This document shows positions 10,022 through 19,907 of a DNA stretch of 64,000 nucleotides, one piece after another. Origin of the DNA: Sediminibacterium sp. Its GTDB lineage: Bacteria > Bacteroidota > Bacteroidia > Chitinophagales > Chitinophagaceae. Position numbers and translations under genes: made by a program. The DNA lies in contig JAIXYL010000169.1 of assembly GCA_027490265.1 (NCBI GenBank), forward strand, positions 6,316-70,315. The letters are read 5' to 3'. Within the stretch, counting starts at the first letter, position 1; every line of letters begins with the position of its first letter. The notes beneath the pieces are model-generated. The model did not search any database, was not told the DNA's origin, and worked only from the letters and a program-made list of their open reading frames with translations.

Positions 10022-10876
10022 TTATGAATGATATGGTACGGCTATTTGTTTGCTGGTGCCCAATCCCTCAATACCTAATTCAATTTGATCTCCTGGTTTA
10101 ATATATATTGGATCTGGTTTTATACCCAATCCAACTCCAGGAGGCGTGCCAGTACTAATGATATCGCCTGGCAATAAGGTCATGAATTGACTGATATAGT
10201 GTACCAAAAAAGGAATTTTAAAGACCAAATTAGACGTACTGCTTTGTTGGAAAGTTTTACCATTAACCGTTAACCACATTGATAAGTTATTAACGTCTTC
10301 AATGTCGTCTTTTGTAACCAACCAAGGGCCAAGTGGAGCAAAACTGTCGCATCCTTTGCCCTTTGCCCATTGTCCGCCACGCTCTAATTGAAATGCGCGT
10401 TCGCTGTAATCATTGTGCAAACAATAGCCGGCTACATAATTCATAGCATCAACCTCAGATACATAACTGGCTTTTTTACTCATCACAAAAGCCAATTCAA
10501 CTTCCCAATCCGTTTTCTCACTATTTAGTGGAATGATTAAGTGATCATTAGGCCCACAGAGTGCAGTGGTAGATTTAAAAAAGATGACCGGCTCTTCCGG
10601 AATCGGTGCATTGGTTTCTCTACAATGGTCAACATAGTTCAAGCCCACACAAATAATTTTAGATGGCCTAGCTACAGGAGAGCCCAATCTAATAGATTGA
10701 TCCACTTGGGGCAATGAATGATGATTTAACATCAGTGCTTCAAGCTGTTTTAATCCATCCGCTTCAAAAAAAGCTTCATTATAATCATCAATGAATGCTG
10801 AAACATCTAACCAAACATTGTTATGAACGATACCAGGCTTTTCTTTACCAGGTTCACCAAAACGAATCAACCGCAT
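10022..10876 (-). CDS. Fumarylacetoacetate hydrolase (FAH) family protein, candidate 2,4-diketo-3-deoxy-L-fuconate hydrolase
   Basis: 284 aa with GLNYVDH...EVELAFV...LPGDIISTGTPPGVG, the FAH-domain signature. Confidence 0.85.
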   Translation of the reverse strand: MRLIRFGEPGKEKPGIVHNNVWLDVSAFIDDYNEAFFEADGLKQLEALMLNHHSLPQVDQSIRLGSPVARPSKIICVGLNYVDHCRETNAPIPEEPVIFFKSTTALCGPNDHLIIPLNSEKTDWEVELAFVMSKKASYVSEVDAMNYVAGYCLHNDYSERAFQLERGGQWAKGKGCDSFAPLGPWLVTKDDIEDVNNLSMWLTVNGKTFQQSSTSNLVFKIPFLVHYISQFMTLLPGDIISTGTPPGVGLGIKPDPIYIKPGDQIELGIEGLGTSKQIAVPYHS

Positions 10877-10892
10877 AAGTATATAATTTTAA

Positions 10893-12239
10893 TTATTGAA
10901 AACCGCCTTGTCCTCTATATAGTTTGATAGGCTTCTCTAAAGATACTTTAATCACTGTTACATAAGGATCTAACAAAGTTTCTGGCATTGGTATATATAC
11001 TAAGCCAGGAACATGACTCCAACTGATTTTACCTACGATTTTATGAGACAATTGAGCATTAGACCCTAAAACAGAGATGGATTTAATTTGATTATCTAAA
11101 CCTTTAATCATCAATTGCCCTTGATTCTTACCATGTACAAATAAATATAGAATTGTTGAGTCCTTTGAAAGTGTAGTTGGGCCATAATAATGGCCTTGTG
11201 GTATGCCTCCAATCGTATTAAAAATGGCTTCCCCATTTCGTTGATTCCATGCCCCCAATTCTTTTAATACATGTATCTGTTCCTTTGGAATACTGCCATC
11301 TTCTAGTGGACCCATATCTAACAATAAATTGCCACCATTGGCAACAGCATCAACGAAAATGGTAATCACTTCATACGGCGTTTTCCAATTATTGTCGTGA
11401 TGGAAACCCCAATTATCGTTGGTGGTCATGCACAATTCCCACCATGGAGTTGCAGGTCTTGACACCGGGAAATTTTGTTCAGGAGTAGCATAATCACCAT
11501 ACCCTTGCAAGCGACCATTGATGATGGCTTTGGGATTATTGGCCAAAATCATTTGTCTGATTTTTTCAGATTCCCATTCTTCCGCACTATGCTCCCAATC
11601 TCCATCAAACCACCACAAATCTGGATTAAATCGCTGAGAAATTTCTTTGATTTGGCCTTGAAAAAAATGTCGGAAGCGATTCCATCGATCGTAATCATTT
11701 TTAACCTGATATCTAGCACTATCTGTTAAGAAACCGGGATAGTCTGGATGTGACCAATCAATTAAAGAAAAATAAGCACCGGCTTTAATATCACGCTTTC
11801 TTAATTCTTCAAAAAAAGGTTGAATCATATCTTTTTTCGCTGGGGTTGCTTTTACAATGCTCAATTGATTCATTTTGGTATCATACATGGCAACACCATC
11901 ATGATGTTTGGTTGTAATAACCGCATATTTTGCACCGCTGGCTTTAATTAAATCTGCCCATGCCGCAGGCTGATAATTTTTTAAGGTGAAGCCATTCAAT
12001 TGCTTCATGTAATTGGCATAACTGATCTTTTTATTGTGAAAACTCCATGATTCGTCAATGCCATCCACTGCATAAATGCCAGCATGAATAAAGATGCCCA
12101 ATTTTGCATCTGCAAACCATTGCATTTTAGATTGAATACTGGCAGTATTAATCTTAGATTGCCCAAATGAGTAAATAGTCATCATGCAACAAATACTCAA
12201 CATAATGCTCAAACGCTTATAAAACGGTTCAATCTGCAT
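10893..12239 (-). CDS. Alpha-L-fucosidase (GH29), secreted
   Basis: Signal peptide followed by GIFIHAGIYAV...KYAVITTKHHDGVAMYDT...LWWFDGDWE, the classical GH29 motifs. Confidence 0.9.
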   Translation of the reverse strand: MQIEPFYKRLSIMLSICCMMTIYSFGQSKINTASIQSKMQWFADAKLGIFIHAGIYAVDGIDESWSFHNKKISYANYMKQLNGFTLKNYQPAAWADLIKASGAKYAVITTKHHDGVAMYDTKMNQLSIVKATPAKKDMIQPFFEELRKRDIKAGAYFSLIDWSHPDYPGFLTDSARYQVKNDYDRWNRFRHFFQGQIKEISQRFNPDLWWFDGDWEHSAEEWESEKIRQMILANNPKAIINGRLQGYGDYATPEQNFPVSRPATPWWELCMTTNDNWGFHHDNNWKTPYEVITIFVDAVANGGNLLLDMGPLEDGSIPKEQIHVLKELGAWNQRNGEAIFNTIGGIPQGHYYGPTTLSKDSTILYLFVHGKNQGQLMIKGLDNQIKSISVLGSNAQLSHKIVGKISWSHVPGLVYIPMPETLLDPYVTVIKVSLEKPIKLYRGQGGFQ

Positions 12240-12250
12240 GATGAAATATT

Positions 12251-13015
12251 TTAGCTGTTTAATTTAATAAATCCACCATCAATTGGATAATCAGTGCCTG
12301 TAATAAATGCTGATTCCTCGCTGGCTAAAAACAATGCCAAGGACGCAACTTCTTCTGGCTTGCCCATTCTACCAATAGGTTGAGACTTCGACAATTTTTC
12401 AAATATTTCTACTTGTTGATCGGGATAATTTTTTTGTATGAATCCATCTACAAAAGGTGTATGTATGCGGGCAGGTGAAATTGAATTGCAGCGAATATGC
12501 TCTGATAAATAATCTTTAGCTACTGATAAAGTCATTGCCATAACAGCCCCTTTAGCTGTTGAATAAGCAAAGCGATCGGCTAGCCCTACCCAAGCTGCAA
12601 TTGATGCCATATTAATGATACTCCCTCCTCCCGCTTTTCTTAAATAAGGTATTGCAGCATAAATGCAATTATACACCCCTTTAACATTTACGGCCATTAC
12701 TTGATCAAAATCATCGACTTCCGTTGTGTCGGCCTTTCCAATATGGGCAATGCCGGCATTGTTTACCAAAATATCACAAGACCCAATTTGATTGAAAATG
12801 TGCTTGACTTGTTCTTGCAGTCGAACATCACATGCATAGGCTTTTACATGCCCCCCATTTGCCTCGATATAGTTGACTGCTTCTTTTGCATGATCAAGGC
12901 TTTGTTCAATAATATGAACTATTGCACCTTGTTGTGCAAACAATATAGCAATGGCTTTACCTATACCACTACCGCCACCTGTAATCACTGCATTTTTTCT
13001 GTCTAATCTAAACAT
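12251..13015 (-). CDS. SDR-family oxidoreductase, candidate 2-keto-3-deoxy-L-fuconate 4-dehydrogenase
   Basis: VITGGGSGIGKAIA, NNAGI, and YSTAKGAV (YxxxK). Confidence 0.7.
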   Translation of the reverse strand: MFRLDRKNAVITGGGSGIGKAIAILFAQQGAIVHIIEQSLDHAKEAVNYIEANGGHVKAYACDVRLQEQVKHIFNQIGSCDILVNNAGIAHIGKADTTEVDDFDQVMAVNVKGVYNCIYAAIPYLRKAGGGSIINMASIAAWVGLADRFAYSTAKGAVMAMTLSVAKDYLSEHIRCNSISPARIHTPFVDGFIQKNYPDQQVEIFEKLSKSQPIGRMGKPEEVASLALFLASEESAFITGTDYPIDGGFIKLNS

Positions 13016-13030
13016 GATTGCTTCATTTAT

Positions 13031-14695
13031 TTATAAACTGACGCCTCGTTTCCAAGGTATAAAATCATCTTGGTTTAATTGTACTGCCTTGGGAATAATA
13101 CGTCCACTTGCTGCTTCTATACAATATTCTAATATCGCTTCTCCCATTTCCTGTATTGTTTGTTCGCCACTAATGATTGGGCCACAATCAATATCAATAA
13201 TGTCTTGCATTTTATTGGCCAAGATTGAATTTGTGGCTACTTTAATCACTGGGCAAACAGGATTACCTGTGGGGGTGCCTAATCCAGTTGTAAATAAAAT
13301 AAGCGTTGCGCCAGCCGCCGCTTTACCTGTAGTGGCTTCTACATCATTCCCAGGTGTACAAACCAAACTTAAGCCAGGATTATTGGCTAGCTCAGTATAA
13401 TCCAATACATCTACCACAGGAGCTGTACCCCCTTTTTTTGCTGCACCTGCGCTCTTCATAGCATCTGTAATCAACCCATCTTTAATATTGCCTGGAGATG
13501 GATTCATATAAAATCCAGACCCTACTTGGTGTGCCAAAGCATCATAGGTTTGCATTAAGTGAATAAACTTGTTGGCAATGGTTTCATTAACACATCGATC
13601 AATCAAATTTTGTTCAACGCCACATAATTCAGGGAACTCAGCCAAAAGCACTTTCCCCCCAAGTGCTACCAACAAATCAGATGCATAACCAACTGCTGGA
13701 TTGGCCGACACACCACTAAATCCGTCACTGCCTCCACATTTAACCCCAATGGTTAAAGCACTGAGTGGCGCAGGTTCTCTCACAAGTTGATTCAATTGAA
13801 TTAATCCTTGAAATGTTTGTTTAATTGCATCCGCCACTAATTGTTCTTCACTTAATGATGCTTGTTGTTCAAAAACGATTAAGGGCTTATTGAACAAAGG
13901 ATTTTGTTGTTTAATATCATTGAGTAGTAAGTCTACTTGTAAATGCTGGCATCCCAAGCTTAAAACAGTAATCCCTCCTACATTAGGATGATTGGCATAA
14001 GCAGCTAATAATGCACTCAGCGTATTGGCATCCTGTCTGGTACCTCCACATCCGCCTTGATGGTTTAAAAATTTAATTCCATCGATATTATTGAATACCC
14101 GTTGATTTGACTGATTAGGTTCTAAAGAAAATGTGCTGTTATTTAGATCTTCTCCTTTTTGATAAGCATCTAATAATTGTTTGGTGTAACGCAAATACTT
14201 GTCTGAAACAGTATAACCTAATTGATTGTGCAAAGCTTCTTTAATCACATCTAAATTGCGATTCTCACAAAAAACAGTCGGAATAAATAACCAATAATTG
14301 GCAGTACCTACTTTTCCATCAGTTCTATGATACCCTAAAAAATGACGATTGGCAAATCGACTGATATCAGGAGGTTCCCATTGATAGTTGGCTGCTCTAT
14401 ATGCATAAGGTTCTGCAGCATGCTTTAAATTATCTGTCGTCATTAATCCACCCTTCAAGACGTCTTGCTCTACTCGACCAATAATTACCCCATACATTTT
14501 CACCAAATCGCCTTTGGCTAAATCGCAACAATAAATTTTATGTTTGGCTTTTACATCTTCTTGAAGTACTAACTGATCATGATTAAAATTGATGATAGTC
14601 CCTTTTTGCAAATTGGTCAATGCAACCAAAACTTGATCATTGGGATGCATTTGAATCACTTGTTGCTGACTAGATTGACTTGCCTGATTGCTCAT
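13031..14695 (-). CDS. UxaA-family (altronate/galactarate dehydratase-like) hydro-lyase, candidate L-fuconate dehydratase
   Basis: 554 aa with an N-terminal SAF-like domain and the central GCGG.. / GVKCGGSDGFSG motifs of the UxaA family. An alternative ATG at 14650 would remove the 26-nt overlap with fucP. Confidence 0.8.
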   Translation of the reverse strand: MSNQASQSSQQQVIQMHPNDQVLVALTNLQKGTIINFNHDQLVLQEDVKAKHKIYCCDLAKGDLVKMYGVIIGRVEQDVLKGGLMTTDNLKHAAEPYAYRAANYQWEPPDISRFANRHFLGYHRTDGKVGTANYWLFIPTVFCENRNLDVIKEALHNQLGYTVSDKYLRYTKQLLDAYQKGEDLNNSTFSLEPNQSNQRVFNNIDGIKFLNHQGGCGGTRQDANTLSALLAAYANHPNVGGITVLSLGCQHLQVDLLLNDIKQQNPLFNKPLIVFEQQASLSEEQLVADAIKQTFQGLIQLNQLVREPAPLSALTIGVKCGGSDGFSGVSANPAVGYASDLLVALGGKVLLAEFPELCGVEQNLIDRCVNETIANKFIHLMQTYDALAHQVGSGFYMNPSPGNIKDGLITDAMKSAGAAKKGGTAPVVDVLDYTELANNPGLSLVCTPGNDVEATTGKAAAGATLILFTTGLGTPTGNPVCPVIKVATNSILANKMQDIIDIDCGPIISGEQTIQEMGEAILEYCIEAASGRIIPKAVQLNQDDFIPWKRGVSL

Positions 14696-15974
14696 CTGTT
14701 GATTGATTAAGTTGACGCATTTTAATTGCGAATATCAGTACCACTAAAAAACATACCAATGGTACAAAATAACCATATTGAATATTACCTGTATAGTCTG
14801 CGATGATGCCTAATACTGGTGGCAATAATGCGCCTCCTACAATAGACATAATAATCAAACTAGACCCTGGCTTTGTAGCAGACCCTAATCCACGAATACC
14901 CAAAGCGAAAATGGTCGGGAACATGATTGACATAAAAAAAGCCATCCCAATTAATGCGTAAATGGTTAACATACCCTGACCATAGATGGTTACAAAGGAT
15001 AAGACAATATTAATGACTGCATAAAGCATCAATAGTTTCACTGCCTGAACATATTGCATCACAAATGTGCCAACAAATCTACCAATCATAAATGCTGCGC
15101 CATAAATGGCGGTATATCCAGCTGCTACTTTATCCGATAATCCTGCAGCAGCAGTAGCATAAACGATAAAAAAACTTGCTACACAAACCTGTGCACCAAC
15201 ATAAAAGAACTGTGCAATAACACCCCATATCAACTGTGGAAACTGAATGGCATCCATAATTCGGTTACTACCCTCGTTTTCTGACGCTTTTATATCAGGT
15301 AGTTTTACAAAATAAAACACAATCGCCATGGTCAAAATAATCAAGCCCAAAACAACAAAGGGTAACTTAACACTATTGGTTTCGGATAATATATACGTTT
15401 CCATTGCTTGTGCTGACATCGCGCTTAAATCTGCTGTTGATTTATTGGTATCAGTTAAGATTAAGCGACTCCCAACCAGTGGTGCAATAAAAGCAGCTAA
15501 TCCGTTAAACGATTGTGCCAAATTCAAACGAAATGGCGCACTTGATTCCGGCCCTAAAACAATAGCATAAGGATTGGCCGCTGTTTCTAAAATGGCCAAC
15601 CCACAAGCAATGATGAATAATGCTGCTAAGAAAAACCCATATGTATGGGCATTGGCTGCTGGCACAAACAATAAAGCCCCAACGCCAAAAAATAACAACC
15701 CAACAATAATTCCAGCACGATATCCGTACTTCTGCATGATTACTCCCGCAGGAATGGCCATTACAAAATAGGCTATAAATACTGCTGAGTCAACTAAAGA
15801 GGATTGCAACATGGTGAGTTGAAATGTCTTTCTGAGGTGGGCAATTAAAATGGGATCAATATTGTGTACAAAACCCCAAAAGAAAAACAAACTCGTGACT
15901 AAAATAAACGGGACAACCCAATTTTTGGGTTGAAGTTCCGTGCTTGGTTTAAAGTTTTTTTCGGCAGGTTGCAA
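14670..15974 (-). CDS. fucP: L-fucose:H+ symporter permease (MFS)
   Basis: 434 aa, 12-TM MFS with the FucP-type N-terminus (PFILVTSLFFFWGFVHNIDPILIAHLRKTFQL). It is the first gene of the operon. Confidence 0.85.
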   Translation of the reverse strand: MQPAEKNFKPSTELQPKNWVVPFILVTSLFFFWGFVHNIDPILIAHLRKTFQLTMLQSSLVDSAVFIAYFVMAIPAGVIMQKYGYRAGIIVGLLFFGVGALLFVPAANAHTYGFFLAALFIIACGLAILETAANPYAIVLGPESSAPFRLNLAQSFNGLAAFIAPLVGSRLILTDTNKSTADLSAMSAQAMETYILSETNSVKLPFVVLGLIILTMAIVFYFVKLPDIKASENEGSNRIMDAIQFPQLIWGVIAQFFYVGAQVCVASFFIVYATAAAGLSDKVAAGYTAIYGAAFMIGRFVGTFVMQYVQAVKLLMLYAVINIVLSFVTIYGQGMLTIYALIGMAFFMSIMFPTIFALGIRGLGSATKPGSSLIIMSIVGGALLPPVLGIIADYTGNIQYGYFVPLVCFLVVLIFAIKMRQLNQSTDEQSGKSI

Positions 15975-16032
15975 TCTTATTTAATTTAATTTTAAGATAG
16001 CAATATAATTCAACTTGATGTAAATTCATTCT

Positions 16033-16560
16033 ATGAAATATGAAAATCCAGTCATCCCCTATGATGATATGCCAAAGTACGCCAAAGTAGTTTTGGAGCC
16101 AATTGAGAAAGCTTATAAGAAAGTGCTTTATATTAATTGGGCTATTGCTTATGCCATACTTCTTTTGACAGCATCCTTGTTGTTTATTTTTATCAAAAGC
16201 ATGCAAATCGGCTGGTTAATAGCAGCGGTTGCATTGGTAATCATTATTCTAATGGCAATCACTATAGCTTCCATAGAAATAGGGTTTAAAAACAAAGCTT
16301 GGGCACTCCGAGAGAAAGATATTATTTTTAAAAAAGGTTGGTTATTTCAATCTACCCATATCATTCCATTTATTAAAGTACAACATTGTGTGATGCACAG
16401 TGGGCCAATCAGCAGACGATATGGTCTTGCGTCCATTAAATTAATGACTGCTGCTAGTCAAAACATTGACATCAGCATCAGTGGCTTAAAACAAGCTACA
16501 GCAGAGCAATTAAAGGTCTTTATTATGGAAAAAATTGAAGGATATGAACCAACAAATTGA
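16033..16560 (+). CDS. Bacterial PH (bPH_2) domain membrane protein, YdbS-like
   Basis: 175 aa with two TM helices followed by a single bPH domain. Its 3' end overlaps the YdbT-like gene by 26 nt. Confidence 0.7.
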   Translation: MKYENPVIPYDDMPKYAKVVLEPIEKAYKKVLYINWAIAYAILLLTASLLFIFIKSMQIGWLIAAVALVIIILMAITIASIEIGFKNKAWALREKDIIFKKGWLFQSTHIIPFIKVQHCVMHSGPISRRYGLASIKLMTAASQNIDISISGLKQATAEQLKVFIMEKIEGYEPTN

Positions 16561-18013
16561 TTGGTCTTTACCGAAAAAACTGTCACCAGTAAGTTTGATT
16601 TTTTTAATTGGTAAAATATTGAAAGAATCATGGCTTTTAATTGTATTTTTTATATTCACTTCAATTTTCAAAAACGATAATCCGGCAAACAATGAAATAC
16701 AAAAAAGGGTTGCGTATATTTTAGGATTTACTGGAGTTTTTTTGATTATACATATAAAGCAATTCATTGAATTTTTCAGATACCGCTATTATATTGAAGG
16801 CAATGAATTGATTGTATTGTCGGGTGTCTTTTCTAAAGTTAAAACCAGTATTCCTATTAATCGTATACAATCCGTTCATTTGATTCAAACTTATTTACAT
16901 CAATTCACCAATACCTGCGAATTAAAATTAGAAACTGCAGGATCAGATAAAACCGAGATTGAATTCAAGGCCATCAAACGAGACCTAGCTTTGGCATTGC
17001 AAGCTTTTTTAAATGATAAAACCAATGTTTCAGCGGAAAAGGAAATGGCAGAACCAGTTCAGCTAATGGGGCTTCAATCCATGGACTTGGTTAAGTTGGC
17101 CCTTTCTGAAAATCATATCAAAACCCTTTTGATTATCGTGGGCTTTGCCATTGCAAGAATGGATGATTTACGCCAATTCTTTGGATTTGATGCAGAGTCT
17201 TTGATTGATCAACAAGTGGATCAATCAAATTTTGGAATGTCTTTATTGTTACAACTAAGCATAGTAGTATTATTGATTACGCTGTCTGCTTCATTTATCA
17301 GAGTCATTATTCGTTTTGCAAATATGCAATTGAAAAGCACCGAGAAAGGCTTTCAAATGCAATGGGGATTTATTCAAACCCAACAAAAAATGTTACTTCA
17401 GAATAAGGTACAATTAATTAGTTGGTCATCCAATTTCGTAAGAAGACTGTTGGGCATACAGATGCTTAGATTCTATATGACTGGTGAAGATTTGGTAAAA
17501 ACCGATCAGCATATTCAATTGCCAGTAATGCAACCAAATCTTTTACGACAATTAACAGCTGCATATCAAATGCATTGGCCTCAGGATAATGCTTCATCAA
17601 ATGGTGTAAACCATGCTTACGGTTGGCGACCAACGGTTTTGTATATTTTGCCATTGTCAATGATTGCATCAATAGGCCTTTATTTCCTAAACCCTTGGTT
17701 TATGATTTGCCCATTCATATTCCTCATGTATATGGCCATATCAAATTGGATAAGATTTAAACAGTACAAATTTTGGTATACCACCCACGCAATTCAAATT
17801 CAAAAAGGCATTTGGGGAAGAGAATATAGCTTGCTTAACTTTGAGATGGTACAACATGTTGTTGTAAAATCTACTCCATATCAACGAGCCAAAGGATTGG
17901 CTACCATTGTTTTTCATACGGCTGGCACACCATTAACCATCCCTTATCTCCCGATTAATCAGGCCAACTATTTAGCTGATTTTTGCTTGGTAAAAATTGA
18001 ATTTCAAGGGTAA
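16535..18013 (+). CDS. Triple bPH-domain membrane protein, YdbT-like
   Basis: 492 aa with TM pairs alternating with three bPH-like modules. Size and architecture match B. subtilis YdbT. Confidence 0.7.
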   Translation: MKDMNQQIDWSLPKKLSPVSLIFLIGKILKESWLLIVFFIFTSIFKNDNPANNEIQKRVAYILGFTGVFLIIHIKQFIEFFRYRYYIEGNELIVLSGVFSKVKTSIPINRIQSVHLIQTYLHQFTNTCELKLETAGSDKTEIEFKAIKRDLALALQAFLNDKTNVSAEKEMAEPVQLMGLQSMDLVKLALSENHIKTLLIIVGFAIARMDDLRQFFGFDAESLIDQQVDQSNFGMSLLLQLSIVVLLITLSASFIRVIIRFANMQLKSTEKGFQMQWGFIQTQQKMLLQNKVQLISWSSNFVRRLLGIQMLRFYMTGEDLVKTDQHIQLPVMQPNLLRQLTAAYQMHWPQDNASSNGVNHAYGWRPTVLYILPLSMIASIGLYFLNPWFMICPFIFLMYMAISNWIRFKQYKFWYTTHAIQIQKGIWGREYSLLNFEMVQHVVVKSTPYQRAKGLATIVFHTAGTPLTIPYLPINQANYLADFCLVKIEFQG

Positions 18014-18142
18014 CTTTTAAAAATGCGTTAAAGCAATTTTATTATTATTCCTAGAATGAATAATGGATAAAAATTAAGTTTAGTGGCATAGTAATTGGTT
18101 TTATTATATGGTATACAATTTTCCTTTACCAAAACCATTTAT

Positions 18143-19054
18143 ATGAAACGTATTTTTACAATCGCCATTGGATCCATGTTACTTATTAGCTCCTGCACAG
18201 TGATTCGTCAAGGTGAAGTTGGTGTCAAAAGAAGACTTGGTAAAATTGATCCCGTTTACGTAGAACAAGGCCCCAAAGGTTACAATTTATTTACTACTAC
18301 AATTTTGAAAGTGCCTACGCGCGCTATGAATATTGAAGTAAAACCCGACTTGCCTTCAAAAGAAGGTTTGACCATTCGTTCAGAAATTTCTATTCTTTAT
18401 AGAATCAAACCAGAAGCAGCCCCTAAAATCGTTCAAACCATTGGCTTGAATTATGAAAGTGAAGTGATTTTACCTGTGTTTAGATCATCTGCAGCTGATA
18501 TCACTGCTAAGTTTTTAGCGAAAGACATGCACAGTGGCGAGCGTGCGCAAATTGAACAAGCTATCAGTAAGCAAATGACTGAAATTCTTGAACCCAAGGG
18601 CTTTATTATAGATAATGTCTTATTAAAAAGTATCAAATTGCCAGAAGGCTTAGCCAGAACAATCGAAGAAAAGTTACAAGCTGAACAAGATGCTCAAAGA
18701 ATGGAGTTTGTAAAAGAAAGAGAGAAAAGAGATGCTGAAAGAAGAATTATTGAAGCAGAAGGTAAAAAAGAGATAGCGCGCATACAAGCAGAAGGCGAAA
18801 AAAATGCTGCCATTATTCAAGCAGAAGCAAGAAAGCGTATGTTTGAAATTGAAGCTGAAGGGAAGGCCAATGCAACCATTATTGAAGCACTAGCGGTTAA
18901 AAAAGCCAATGACACCATCAACAAAACATTGACACCTTCAATACTAAAACTTAGACAAATTGAAGCATTCCGTTCTTTGTCTAATAGCAACAACAGTAAA
19001 CTAGTCATTACAGATGGCAAGACGCCATTCTTAACATTGCCAGATAAGTTTTAA
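18143..19054 (+). CDS. SPFH/band-7 (prohibitin-family) lipoprotein
   Basis: ATG at 18143 gives MKRIFTIAIGSMLLISSC, a lipobox. This is followed by an SPFH core and a charged EA-rich coiled-coil tail. The track ORF starts 48 nt earlier at a non-ATG codon. Confidence 0.85.
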   Translation: MKRIFTIAIGSMLLISSCTVIRQGEVGVKRRLGKIDPVYVEQGPKGYNLFTTTILKVPTRAMNIEVKPDLPSKEGLTIRSEISILYRIKPEAAPKIVQTIGLNYESEVILPVFRSSAADITAKFLAKDMHSGERAQIEQAISKQMTEILEPKGFIIDNVLLKSIKLPEGLARTIEEKLQAEQDAQRMEFVKEREKRDAERRIIEAEGKKEIARIQAEGEKNAAIIQAEARKRMFEIEAEGKANATIIEALAVKKANDTINKTLTPSILKLRQIEAFRSLSNSNNSKLVITDGKTPFLTLPDKF

Positions 19055-19070
19055 AGGCATAGCAGTGCCA

Positions 19071-19907
19071 TTATGGGTTACATCGGTCACAAAACATCGG
19101 ATCTTCCGATGTTTTGTTTTTTGGATATACCTGTTTTTGACTAAATCCGCAAGATGCGCACACAGATACATATGCCAAGATTGACTTTGTTGGACTTCCA
19201 CACCAACTACAGGGCAGCCCTTTTTCATAATCGGTTACACCAAATCCAGCTTGACCACATTGCGGACAAGATGACTGAATCCGTTCAATTAATTTTTGGG
19301 CACAAGCTGCTATAACCTGCTGTCTGGTGGGATTGTACATGGCGCGCATATCGGTTTCAACAAATACAGATCCATGAATTGACAGTAGATGATGAAAAGC
19401 CCGGATTAATGATTCGGGGTCAGTAATCCCTTTAACAATACCTTCTTGCGCATCTTTTGTAGATCGCAGAATTAAACCATGTGATGGAAATAACACTTGA
19501 TCGGCAAAAGTCTTTAAATCAGACTCCGTTGTTACCGTCTTGCCATTAAAGTTGGTTATTGTACTAAGTTCTCTGCAAATAATTTCTAGTTGCAATTCCT
19601 GATCAATAAAAATGAGGATTTCATCATTCGCTTGCACAAAAAACAAACTTGGATGTGGTCCAAATGAGCCCTCACTCGCAACACCTATAGAACACCCGGT
19701 TAATTCCATTGCTTTTAAACACTTGATTCTTGCAGCAGACACAGGGTCGTTTACTCTGGGAATTTCACCAGAAAATGTACCCCATTGATCGGTATTGAAA
19801 TCCTTAGGCACAATGCAATGCACTCCTAATGCTTTTTCAAGCAAGGGGGCCAAAACCTTTTCTTTTTGGTGCATGGTTGCAATCACTAAATTTCTGCCGA
19901 CAAACAT
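19071..19907 (-). CDS. Conserved hypothetical protein with two C-terminal CxxC...CxxC zinc ribbons
   Basis: Start chosen at MFVGRNLVIATMHQKEKV. The C-terminus has CPQCG-X16-CSWCG and CASCG-X22-CDRCNP. It resembles an uncharacterised bacterial DUF family that I cannot name with confidence. Confidence 0.55.
   Translation of the reverse strand: MFVGRNLVIATMHQKEKVLAPLLEKALGVHCIVPKDFNTDQWGTFSGEIPRVNDPVSAARIKCLKAMELTGCSIGVASEGSFGPHPSLFFVQANDEILIFIDQELQLEIICRELSTITNFNGKTVTTESDLKTFADQVLFPSHGLILRSTKDAQEGIVKGITDPESLIRAFHHLLSIHGSVFVETDMRAMYNPTRQQVIAACAQKLIERIQSSCPQCGQAGFGVTDYEKGLPCSWCGSPTKSILAYVSVCASCGFSQKQVYPKNKTSEDPMFCDRCNP

Noticed and set aside
12701-13400. Plus-strand ORFs of 101 and 149 aa (12701-13006, 12951-13400)
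   Set aside because: They are antisense shadows of the SDR and UxaA-like genes, which have clear family motifs. Their composition is low-complexity Pro/Ala/Ile-rich, typical of reverse-frame artefacts.
15949-16206. 85-aa minus-strand ORF spanning the fucP / ydbS-like divergent region
   Set aside because: It overlaps the start of the YdbS-like CDS in antisense and would sit upstream of the fucP start. Its sequence is Cys/Gln/Ile-rich and non-protein-like.
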